A stretch of DNA of 64,000 bases from Gekko japonicus (taxonomy: Eukaryota). The notes beneath the pieces are model-generated. The model was not told the origin of the DNA, searched no databases, and saw only the letters and a list, made by a program, of their open reading frames with translations. Position 1 is the first letter of the stretch. Every line of letters starts with the position of its first letter. The stretch spans positions 900,205 to 964,204 of the forward strand of contig NW_015173679.1 of assembly GCF_001447785.1 (NCBI RefSeq), read 5' to 3'. The position numbers were made by a program, and so were the translations under genes. This document shows positions 36,947 to 47,720 of this stretch, piece by piece.

Positions 36947-37841
36947 GATAAGAACATAAGAACATAAGAGATGCCAATGTTGGATCAGGCCAAAGGCCCA
37001 TCCAGTCCAACACTCTGTATCCCACAGTGGCCAGAAATACCAGTGCCATCAGGAGGTCCACCAGTGGGGCCAGGACATTAGAAGCCCTCCCACTGTTGAC
37101 CCCCCCCAAGCACCAAGATGACAGAGCATCACTTGCCCCAGAGTCCCTATCTATACCTTGTGGCTAATAGCCACTGATGGACCTCTGCTTCATATGCTTA
37201 TCTAATTCCCTTTTGAAGCCGTCCATGCTTGTAGCTGCCACCACTTCCTGTGGCAGTGAATTCCAAGTGTTAATCACTCTTTGGGTGAAGAAGTACTTCC
37301 TTTTATCCGTTCTAACCCGACCGCTCAGCAATTTCATGGAGTGCCCACGGGTTCTTGTATTGTGAGAAAGGGAGAAAAGTACCTCTTTCTCTACCTGCTC
37401 TTTCCCATGCATAATCTTATAAACCTCAATCATGTCACCCCTCAGTCGTCGTTTCTCCAAGCTAAAGAGCCCTAAGCGCCTTAACCGTTCCTCATAGGGA
37501 AAGTGTTCCAACCCTTTTATCATTCGAGTTGCTCTTTTCTGCACTTTTTCCAAAGCTATAATATCCTTTTTAAGGTGTGGTGACCAGAATTGCACACAGT
37601 ATTCCAGATGAGGTCGCACCATTGATTTATATAGCGGCATTATGATATTGGCTGATCTGTTTACAATACCCTTCCTAATAATCCCCAGCATAGCATTGGC
37701 CTTCTTTATTGCAGTCACACACTGTCTCGACATTTTCAGTGAGTTATCTACTACAACTCCAAGATCTCTCTCTTGATCTGTCTCTGCCAGTTCAGACCCC
37801 ATCAACGTGTATTTATAGTTAGGATTTTTGGCTCCAATGAT
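36947..37841 (-). mobile_element. Young CR1 3' portion inserted in gag
   Basis: Uninterrupted ORF2 C-terminus ([32 protein letters not shown]) and (ttcttatg)n tail; gag rejoins in frame across it (PRRD|QILV). Confidence 0.95.
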
Positions 37842-38096
37842 CTCGCCGTGGCGGTGACACCTGGTCCTCGAGTGGGAAGAACACTGTGTTCTGGTTCCCC
37901 GGGGGTGGCAGCAGCTGATTCTGAGGATCAGGGTACTCCACTGGGTCATTCTGGGGTGGATTGGGAGGTAGTGTCGGATTCTGATTCCCTGGAGGCGGAG
38001 GTGGATCCTGGGCTGAGTTCGGAGCTGGAACTGGGTCAGCAGGACCTGGCAATAGACCCAGCATTGAGGGCCATGAAAAGTTAAAAAGGTCCATCG

Positions 38097-38388
38097 GAGA
38101 GCCAGTTTGGTGTAGTGGATAAGTGCACGGACTCTAATCTGGGAGAACCAGGTTTGATTCCCCACTCCTCCACTTGCACCTGCTGGATGACCTTGGGCAA
38201 GTCATAGTTCTGGCACAGCTGTCCTTGAAAAAGAGCAGTTTCTGTCAGAGCTCTCTCAGCCCCACCTACCTCACAGGATGTCTGTTGTGGGGAGGGGAAG
38301 GAAAAGGAGTTTGTAAGCCGCTCTGAGACTCCTTTGGGTAGTGAAGGGTGGGGTATAAATCCAATCTCTTCTCTTCTTCTTCTTCTTC
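38097..38388 (+). mobile_element. Squam3-like tRNA/MIR-derived SINE inserted in gag
   Basis: A box TGGTGTAGTGG, B box GGTTTGATTCC, core cctacctcacagg, (CTT)n tail. Confidence 0.85.
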
Positions 38389-38564
38389 TCTGCTGGGGTT
38401 AACAGTTCCTGCAAAGCCAGCCAGGTGGCAGCGGTCACCTCCCTATCTTGGGCCTCTCTCTCTTTACGTAGCCTGGCCCTTTCTCTAACTGCTCTAGGAG
38501 GCTCACATCTTTATACCAGGTATTCTATTTTAAAACCGTTTGTAAAGTTTTAGGCATGGGGGTA

Positions 38565-38922
38565 AGGTAAAGGTAAAGGTAAAGGTTCCCTTGCTCGAAA
38601 GCCAGTTGAATCCGACTCTAGGGTTGCGGTGCTCATCTCCATTTCAAAGCTGAAGAGCCAGCGCTGTCCGAAGACATTTTCGTGGTCATGTGGCCGGCAT
38701 GACTAAACACCAAGGCGCACGGAACGCTGTTACCTTCCCACCGAAGTCGTACCTATTTATCTACTTGCAATTTCTTGCTTTCGAACTGCTAGGTTGGCAG
38801 GAGCTGGAACTAGAGATGGGAGCTCACTCCATCATGCGGCACCCGGGTCTCGAACTGCTGAACTACTAACCTTCCACAGCCTGCAGTTCAGCGTCTTAAC
38901 CACTTGAGCCACCGCAGCTCCT
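38565..38922 (-). mobile_element. Sauria SINE inserted in gag
   Basis: (ACCTTT)n tail; 12-bp TSD GGCATGGGGGTA (38553-38564 and 38923-38934). Confidence 0.92.
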
Positions 38923-39007
38923 GGCATGGGGGTACAACCCTCTAAAAAACCCTCTTTCGTCATGGCATAATACCAATTTTCAGCGTAATCACATTCAACC
39001 TATTTGC

Positions 39008-39262
39008 CTTGGTGTAGTGGTTAGGAGTGTGGGCTCTAATCTGGGATAACCGGGTTTGATTCCCCACTCCTCCGCTTGCAGCTGCTGGATGACCCTGGGC
39101 AAGCCATAGTTCTGTCAGAGCTGTTCTCTCAAGGACAGTTCTTGAAGAGCTCTCTCAGCCCCACCTACCTCACAGGGTGTCTGTTGTGGAAAGGGGAAGG
39201 GAAAGGAGTTTGTAAGCCGCTCTGAGACTTCGAGTGAAGAGCAGGGTATAAATCCAATCTTC

Positions 39263-39306
<44 letters not shown>
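39008..39306 (+). mobile_element. Squam3-like SINE with (TTA)n tail
   Basis: A/B boxes; 12-bp TSD CAAC(C/T)TATTTGC; sits in a short MITE-B-like fragment inside gag. Confidence 0.85.
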
Positions 39307-39307
<1 letters not shown>

Positions 39308-39637
39308 AACTTATTTGCATGTACCACACACCCTGACATCTCCAGAAGCTACCCTACAACAAGCGTGAAAATACAGATCAAGTTAGTTATTATTATTATA
39401 TACAATATGCCAAAAGATCCCACACCGGTTGTACATCAAAAGACCCATAAATCAGCCATCGCTGTCCTCCTGGGAGAGGATATTCTGGCCATTCCCCCAT
39501 ACAATATTTAACCAAATGGCTTACTGGATACTGAATTTCACCTTCTTTCCCCTCAGTAAATCCCACAATTTTGACCAGTTTCAAACCATGCAGTCTAAAG
39601 GCTTCTTTGACTTTGGATTACTCCCTCAGTTTCCCAT

Positions 39638-40182
39638 GCTGTTAGCAGACAGACATGCACGCAGCCACGAAAACAGGGATCAGAGAGATATTTAGGAAAG
39701 AGGCCATGGTCCCTCTGCCAACCACAAAACGCCCAAATGGTTACCTGAGATTTCGCTCTCTAGGAGAAGCTCTCCCTTAGAGAGGGGCAGTCTAAACTGG
39801 GAAGGACTGATGGGTGCCCCAGTGGCAGCAGCCGGGAGTGGAAGTGGGAGCTACTTTGTTTCTACAAGCGATAGCGCAACCATCTGAGTCTTCACTCCCT
39901 ACGGACTAGGTCCGGTACAGGAGAGGCAGCCACTGGGATGGCTGACAGGTGCCCCTTATGGAGAAACCGTTTTGCTCCACAAACACTTTTTACCTCAGTA
40001 AAGAGACCCTTCCGGTTGGAGCACGGGATTCCCCTTTGCGGGTTAAGGCCCAGCTCTGGTCAACCGGCTTATGAAAGCTAACGCGGCTGGTGCACACAAA
40101 ACAGACAGGCATAGACAAATATTGGCAGTTAGAAGCCGTTGTGAAAAATCCTGACCCCGGATCCCTGGCTGAACGGAACCCA
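39638..40182 (-). mobile_element. ERV 5' leader with candidate splice donor and degenerate PBS-like site
   Basis: CAG|GTAACC at about 39740-39750 upstream of the gag ATG; TGGGTTCCGTTCAGCCAGGGAT at about 40161-40182; no LTR recognisable beyond it. Confidence 0.5.
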
Positions 40183-40375
40183 ATCTCATCAGATCTCGGA
40201 AGCTAAGCAGGGACGACTCTGGGAAGTGCTTGGAAGGGCGACCTCCAAGGAATGCCAGAGACAGAACACAGAGGCAGGCTAGGTAAGCCACCTTTCTGAA
40301 AAATGTCCATGCCCCCAGTAGGGGTTGCCAAAAGTTAACCATGACTTCCAGGCAAGCACACAAAATGCACACACA
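40178..40375 (+). mobile_element. 5S rRNA-headed SINE
   Basis: cccaatctcatcagatctcggaagctaagcaggg (5S-like), with a tail ending in (CA)n. Confidence 0.8.
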
Positions 40376-42321
40376 TATTTTTTAAAGTATAGGGAAATTC
40401 TCTCTAACACAAGCATATATTGCACGGGAGAGCCTTACTTTACAAACACAACTCAGGTTGCCTGGCACAAAGAAGCTGTACTTCAGTGGTAAACCACCCA
40501 CTTTTCTTGTAGAAGTTCTCCCGGCTCCATCTCTGATATCCCCAGATAACAGGGCAGGAAAAGATTTGTCCTATGACACTAGAGAACTTCTGCTTTTCCC
40601 GGTAAGCAATACGGGACTTAATGGGCCAGACTAGTTTCAGCGCAGCTCCTTAATCTTGTCTTGCCCTCACAAGACAAATTGTAGCAATTTGATAGTTTAC
40701 ATGTCATTGGAACTATAAGGATTTGCATTTTTTAAAAGGCTTTTAATACTTTGAACCAAGACTGTCTTCCACATGTTAGTTCTTCATTTCCATATGGTAG
40801 AGTTAATTTCTTATTCTGTTTCTTTCCATTTTTCACCAAGAAAGCATTTGTGGCACACAAAACCATGATGAATTTTCAGAACTGCAAACTCTGTCATGAA
40901 TCTTCAATGCAAATTAATAATTAAAAAAGTTTTCTCATTAGCAGACTGTGAATTTCAGAACTTGTTTCTATGATATACCAATAGAGTATTTGCTGTAATG
41001 CTTTCCTTCCTCTTTGGATGGAAGAGCAAGACCATTTGTTGCACTTGCGCCAAGCTGTTGGCTTGCTTACTAATTACTCTGAATTTCAATTTGACGTCAT
41101 CATGATGGCCTTGTCAAGTGATGTGTGGAAAATGGACGGAAACTTATGCAGTCCTAAACCACAGAGAGTTTGACAAACAAATCTCTACAACATCTAAATG
41201 GGTGATCTGGAACAGACTAGGCTAACCATCCATTAATCAATTCAACAAAGTCAGTTCAATAAATTATAAATGCATTTAAATAAATCCTGTTGCAATCTTA
41301 TCCCATGGACCTTATTAGGGTTTTATCAAGTCCTTCTTATTAATAATAATAGTGGTGTGAATATGAATTTTGTACTGAAAAGTTCTGACAGCAACAGCTC
41401 TAGCTGACAATGGCTAAGTCAAACTCTGGGTTAGGAAATACCTGAAGATTTTGGAGCCTGAGGAGGGTGGGGTTGGAAGAGTGGAGGGATAATGCCATGA
41501 AGTTCACCTTCCAAAGCAGCCATTTTCTCCAGGTGAATTAATCGCTGTCACCTGGAGATCAGTTCTAATCTCAGGACATCTCCAGCCACCACCTGGAGGT
41601 TGGCACCCTAGAATAAAGGGAAGATAGCAAGCAGGGTCTGAGGCTGAACAGGCAACAGGCAGAGGTAGGTGATCCAGACAACAGGGATGGAGAAGGTTGT
41701 AGCCTAGGAAAGAAGATATGGAGACCACACAGTACAAGCGAAGGAAAACTGGAGCAGTACCAGGTGGAGAGATTAAGAAAAAGACAATCTCTCAGTTTAC
41801 AATTCTATTCACGTCATTTTTATTCTGCCATTCCTTCAAAGAGCTCAAGGAGATGTATGTAGAGTTGCCACCCATTTTATACTCATAACAATTCTCTGAG
41901 GTAGGTTAGGCTCTGACATTGTAACTGGATCAAGATCTCCCAATGACCTTCATGGTTATAGAGAGATTTGTAGATCCTCCTATTCTGGCATTCTAGCCAT
42001 TGTGCCACACTGGTTTCCAACAGAGGGCGAAGGACTGTGGAAAGGAGACAAAAACTGACAGAGCTTAGGAGGGCAAAGGAAGAATGAATTGGGTGGCTTA
42101 AGAAATGAGCTATGTAGGTGGGAGAGCCTAGGGAAAAGGAAATAGGAAAAGAAACTGATGGACTAGAGAAAGGAGGAGAGGAAAGGGGTGGTGGTAGCTT
42201 GAGGGAAGGGAGCAGATAAAACAGCAAACAGAAGCAAACATGGCTGATGGAAAGAGAGGAAACAGGGGCCTAATAGAGAAAGGTGAGAAAGGAAGGAAGC
42301 ACCTAACAAAAGGAATGTGGA

Positions 42322-42600
42322 GAAGAAGAAGAAGAGGAGGAGGAGGAGATTGGATTTATACCCCACCCTTCACTACTCGAAGGCGTCTCAGAGCGGCTTA
42401 CAATCTCCTTTCCCTTCCCCTCCCCACAACAGACACCCTGTGAGGTAGGTGGAGCTGAGAGAGCTCTTCAAGAACTGCTCGTGAGAGAACAGCTCTGAGA
42501 GAACTTGTGATGGACCCAAGGTCACACCAGCAGCTGCATGTGGAGGAATGGGGAATCAAATCCGGTTCTCCCAGGTTAGAATCCATGCTCCTAACCACTG
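42322..42600 (-). mobile_element. Squam3-like SINE
   Basis: Reverse complement of 38097-38388. Confidence 0.85.
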
Positions 42601-43204
42601 AAGCAAAGCCAGCAATATCCATTGTTCCCACATATTGTCATTGTGTAATTAAATATTTGGTACTATATGATTTTTTAAATTAATTTTTTGCTGATTTACC
42701 TGTTATGGGGGCCCCTCAATTTCTATGTGTTTGGGTGTTCCTTCTTTCTTTTTATAAAGAGATCATGTTCAGGTTTGGCAGAACATACCCAATTTGTCCT
42801 GACAGCAGAAATCTTGTGCATTTCAAATATATAGTGCATTGGTAGTGTGAGGCAGTCTCAGCTGAAATTCAGTAAACAGCAGTTCTTGTTTAAGCTGCAT
42901 CTTGTGGGCAACTACGGAGAATTCCATCCAAAATATTTATGCAGGCCAGTCCTTCCTCAAACAGGTTGCTAGTACTTTGATTGGCATTGCTGCTAGAAGT
43001 TCATGTTCTTCATGGATCTACCAAATAAATTATCAAGCTAAATATGTTACCTCTTTCACTATCCTCAAATATCTACTCTACAGGTTGCTAGTACTTTGAT
43101 TGGCATTGCTACTAGAAGTTCATGTTCTTCATGGATCTATCAAATAAATTATCAAGCTAAATATGTTACCTCTTTCACTATCCTCAAATATCTACTCTAC
43201 TAAG

Positions 43205-43612
43205 CTGGGGTCATTTCGTAGAAAAAGAGGTGCAGGAGCTCATTCGCATAACTCATTAGCATAACTTATTTGCATATGCCACACCCCCTGACATCACCAG
43301 AAGTGTGTCAGAAGGCAACACCCACTACTCAGGCTCCACTGGACTGTTTTGGATTGCTAGCTATTGGGGGGGGGGGAAATGTGCAGATCTGTCCTCTTGG
43401 AGGAGGGAGAGCTTGTACCTGAAAAAAACTTGGTCTTAAAGGTACCACTGGACTGTTTTGGAGGGGGGGGGCTCTGCAGCTTACCTGGCTGCTTCTTGCT
43501 CTGACTGAGGGCTGCTGGGAGCAGGGGGTGGGGCTTGTTGCATGTGCCCGCCCCCTGGGCTCCTTACTGCTGGAGTTCTGCTCCTGTGCGCTCCTGCAGG
43601 AAATGAACCCTG
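43205..43612. mobile_element. hAT MITE family B, complete copy (408 bp)
   Basis: TIRs CTGGGGTCATTTC / GAAATGAACCCTG; exact 8-bp TSD CTACTAAG. A further one-ended copy starts at 59919. Confidence 0.9.
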
Positions 43613-45494
43613 CTACTAAGTAAATAATGCCCAACTATTAGTTTTGTTGGAGGGCAGATTTAAGTGAATTCATTGAGCTGAAAAGGTATGTCTTTGAGGG
43701 AGTAATGCTGCTGAGTTTGTTCTGCCTGCATTATTATTTTGCAGTCTTTATTCTGGACCTTGATTTAATTTGCTGATGCCCTAGATCTCTACTCTTTGGT
43801 AGATCATTCAAATCTGTGGTTTCTTTGCTATGTTGTAGAAATGAAAAGATTGTTTTATCAGTGGCAAAATTCTTATCTACTGCAGTTAGATTGTGATTTC
43901 AAAGGGTCAAGCCTATGTAAGAAAGTATTTTGCTTATGTTCCAAGATCTATGATGTTTGTTTTGTGTATTATGAACTAAAAATATATCCAAAAATGAATT
44001 ACTCATTTTAATCGGGAAGGAAAGTCTGACACAAAACAGATTTTAAAAAACCTGAATAAAAAATGAGCAGGCCAGTTTACCCCTCTGGTGACCTCCCTCT
44101 CTACTCTGGGGCATATTTGTGGCATTGTGGACGACGTCATGTCAAATCACAGTATTTTCCATATAGGATTGTAACTATGGACTAACCATGACAAAATGTT
44201 TGCAGAGATCTGATGCTAATATGCCTTTAACAGAAGCATCAAGGAGAAGACATAGTGAGAATGAATGCTTTGGCATTCCGTTATTGTTTATATATTCTGT
44301 ATAAAAAACGTATTTCCTGTGAGAGAACCATGATTCTATTATATAATTACAGTTAAGCTAATTTTGTTAGAATAATTAATACAGTTGTGATATGAAGCAA
44401 AGCTTGAAATATTTGGATAGATTTAGCCCTTGGGACATATGAAATTGAAGTAAGCATTGTTGCCTCAAACAGTCTGTAAATCTATCCAAAGGAATTCAAG
44501 CAAGTTGGGCAAAAATGTGCTAAAATAAACTGATTTTTATATAGATTGAATTTTTATAAGTCATATCCTTTAAAGTCTTATGTGTACCTTAGGGTATCTG
44601 CAAATTAAATAGAACAGCAGTTTAACTACACTCTGTTTTACTGCAAATACCAAAAAAAGTTATGTAAGAGCCCAGGTACAGTAAAAATTTATAGCAAGAA
44701 TTTTATAGTAGTTTTGTGGATTTTTTTTAAAAGTCATCCATTTCCTTAAAATATACCATACCATAAAACTAGTTATCATGAACTATTGTGTGTACGTGTG
44801 TGTATAAAATCTTAATTGCCAAGTTCCTCTATCAAATAATACTGTAAAATTCATGATGGTTACCATCTGGAATATTTCACTCAACAAACAAAAATTTATG
44901 GATTCTTTTAACTATGTGAACTAAGCACTGTAATTTGCTAGGAAAAATATAATCATATTATTTCTGCAAACTCAGGCTTTGTGAAAACTAATTCCACTTG
45001 GCTGTAGACTTAACAAAAAGACTGTTCTCCTCAGCTCAGGAACTAATTAGTTGTCAGGCATTCCAGGGCAATGGCTACCCCTCTCCAGACACACATTATG
45101 TTAGAGGCTTCTGCCAGGCTGCTGTTTCACTGGTAGTCTTCAACTAGAACATTTGGTGCAGAAGAATAAAGTAAAACATTTCTGCCTACTGACAGTTAAA
45201 GAAATAGCTACACAGTGCATTTCAGGGCTTTTCAGTGTGGCTCAGTTGTCATCTAGTGGACTTTAGATGAAGCTGCATTTGGTCATTATTTGTTGATGGT
45301 TCTAGACAACACATAAATTTGGGTTGCCTGATCCATGGACTCTGATGTAGAGAGGAAATAAAAGGCACCAAAACAACACAGTTATCTTTTGCCAAGGGGT
45401 TGCCATCAAATCCTAAGAGGGCTGCTAAATCATTGAATCTAGCTGTTCTATTGCAGACCAACATGGCTACCCTAAATTATCCTGAATGGAATGG

Positions 45495-46741
45495 AAAGTG
45501 CCATCAATTCATAACTGACTTATGGTGACCCCTCATGGAGTTTTTAAGGCAAGGGACATTCAGAGGTGCTTTGCCATTGCCTTCCTCTGCATAGTGACCC
45601 TGGACTTCCTTGGTGGTAACCCATCCAAATACTAACAATGGCCATGTTACCCAAAGAGGCAGTCTCCTATTTAATTGGGGGAATTAGTTTAAAGGAAACA
45701 GAGCAAGAGGGGATAACTCAGGATCTCCACTAATGTTTACGGGGATTTTTCCCTTAGAGAACTCTCAAAAATAAACCAGGCAGATGTTCACCCAGAAAGG
45801 TTTTTATTGAAAAATAATGAAAAGGCAAAATATATACACAAAACACATGGGGAACACATGAAAAAACTAAGAGGAAGATAAAAGTGAGAAGTGGGGGGAA
45901 GCAATTCAGGGAAGGCAATAGTTACTGATCTTGGAGAGCGAGGTCTGCAGAAGCAGTGAAATGACCAGCATTTCACAGAGAGGAGGAGGCCCACATGCAA
46001 GCGGGGGTGTATTTAGGATCCAAGACACACACACACACACACTGAGGGAGAAAGGAGGCCCACGCGCAAGTGGGGAGTGTGTGAAGAGTCCCGGAACACA
46101 CACACACTGCCTGCTGGCTAGGTGCACTTGATATAGGAAAAATGTTACCTGGGACTATGCTGATATGTTTGCCTCAAAAACAATAACTTGATTAGCTTTT
46201 TGGAGATGGACAATGCTTTGGAAGAACCTTGATAGACTCATCCTGAGGTGGACTAAATTTGTAAAAGTTCCTCAACAACCCAATAATTACTGGATGGGAA
46301 AACTACCAGTTTTGAAGAATAGGGTTAATTGTTGCTAATTTTCGGTCCATAGATAAGGAGAAAAAAGGTTTGATAGTTGATGGGATTAGTACCAAGGTGA
46401 GGTCATAGCTTCTTGGGAAACCTATTATCCTTAATTATGCATCTCCTTAAGGGTGGGTAGAGGTCATAAGAAAGTCAGCTGTTCTGACTTCACCTTGCAA
46501 AAAGAGAAGTGTTTGCCCAGGCTTGTCTCTTACTGGTAACCATGTTGTGTGACATGTCAGTTTCCAGGCAACGTTGCAGTTATAATTTTTGGTGGAGATA
46601 TTTGTAAGAAGGGTGTTCACCTTTCTCTCTGATGCTAAACTACCTTTCTGTGGGAGGAGGGGTCTGACTGCTAACAACCAACCCTGCTTAACTTCTAAGA
46701 TCTGATGAGATCAGGGTAGCCTGGGCCATCCAGGTCAGGGC
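45495..46741 (-). mobile_element. 5S-headed SINE split by a solo LTR
   Basis: 5S-like halves at 45495-45644 (ccatccaaatactaac) and 46677-46741 (accctgcttaacttctaagatctgatgagatc) are contiguous once the LTR is removed. Confidence 0.8.
45645..46676 (-). mobile_element. Solo LTR (1032 bp), probably ERV1-type
   Basis: TGTTA...TAACA termini, 4-bp TSD GCCA/ACCA, minus-strand TATA-like element near 46131 and AATAAA near 45803-45808. Confidence 0.85.
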
Positions 46742-47289
46742 TTCTATCCTATCCTAAATAAATTGTTTAACCCTCGTCTCTAGTATTGTTTATCATACCT
46801 CCAATAGAAATGCTTTAATAAAAAATGCAACATCCAATTTCAAAGAGGTTATCAGAAAAGGCTTGTCTCTCAAGCTTTGGTTGTTGTTGGTTATTGTATG
46901 CTGACAATTGTAATATGTTTGTAATGGAAAAGGAAAATGGAACAATAGGAATGGTGGGTTAGTGAGAGGGAAAAGAGTCAGTTTTTCTTTAAAATATGTC
47001 CCATAATCACAGTGAGTAAAATATTATGACAAAGTGTGCCCCAAAGTTCTCACTATCACAGCTGCAGACTTCCATCCTCAGAGGCAAACATGGGATGGGA
47101 CAAGAACTATGGCAAAACAATAGTTTGGAAATGTTTATCTATCTAGCTATCATCTATCTACCTAAAGTGAATGAAGTAGATCTTCAGTGCACAATGCAAG
47201 CTGTAATAAACCTTATTACTGATAAAAATAAATAGCCTGTTGAGCCCAGATGGCAGCTGGCAGCAGTGGCCAGGAGTGCCTTTCACCGA

Positions 47290-47720
47290 CATTTGCTAGT
47301 GTGTCAGCTGAAGCCCTTCCTGAGCGGGAAAGATTTTGCCACTGCAGTTCACACACTGGTAACATATAGATTCGATTACTGCAATGCATTCTGTGAGGGC
47401 TGCACTTGAAAACTTCCCAGAAGTTACAGCTGGTACACAATTTTGCAGTCAGAATGTTGACTGGAGTGAGTTGTAGGGACCATGTCACCAGTCTTGTTCC
47501 ATCTATACTAGCTTCCAATTTGCTTCCGGGCTCATTCAGGGGACTGGTATTGACCTTTAAAGGTCTTGAAGTCTTCAGTCAGTTGAAGGAGTTTCAAATT
47601 AGTGGGGGAAGGGGGGCATTTAGATGGAAGGAGGGGGTCTCTGTCCATTGATTTCAGTGGCTTGGAGCCAGCATACCTGAAGGATCACCTTCTTCCGTAC
47701 GAACCTACCCGTCCACTCCT
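47290..47720 (+). mobile_element. Old L2 fragment
   Basis: RFDYCN.., KLQLVHNFAVRML, LVLTFK, PAYLKDHL. Confidence 0.8.

Larger units (their letters stand above)
34964..39637 (-). pseudogene. gag: Class I (gamma/epsilon-like) endogenous retrovirus gag, fragmented by nested insertions and truncated in capsid
   Basis: MA: MGN*GS..PLDCM..KYCMGEWPEY..GSFD. Pro-rich region with ASAPP. CA from 35170: PLRE..YAPFSTTDLLNWK..YREDPEK..HPTWLDCQKVL (compare MLV p30 YWPFSSSDLYNWK..HQPTWDDCQQLL). Confidence 0.9.

Noticed and set aside
36285-38165. 274-aa and 333-aa ORFs as novel genes
   Set aside because: They are chimeras of SINE, CR1 and gag pieces joined across insertion junctions.
32400-46741. True 5S rRNA or tRNA genes
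   Set aside because: All 5S- and tRNA-like stretches are partial, diverged and fused to SINE bodies.
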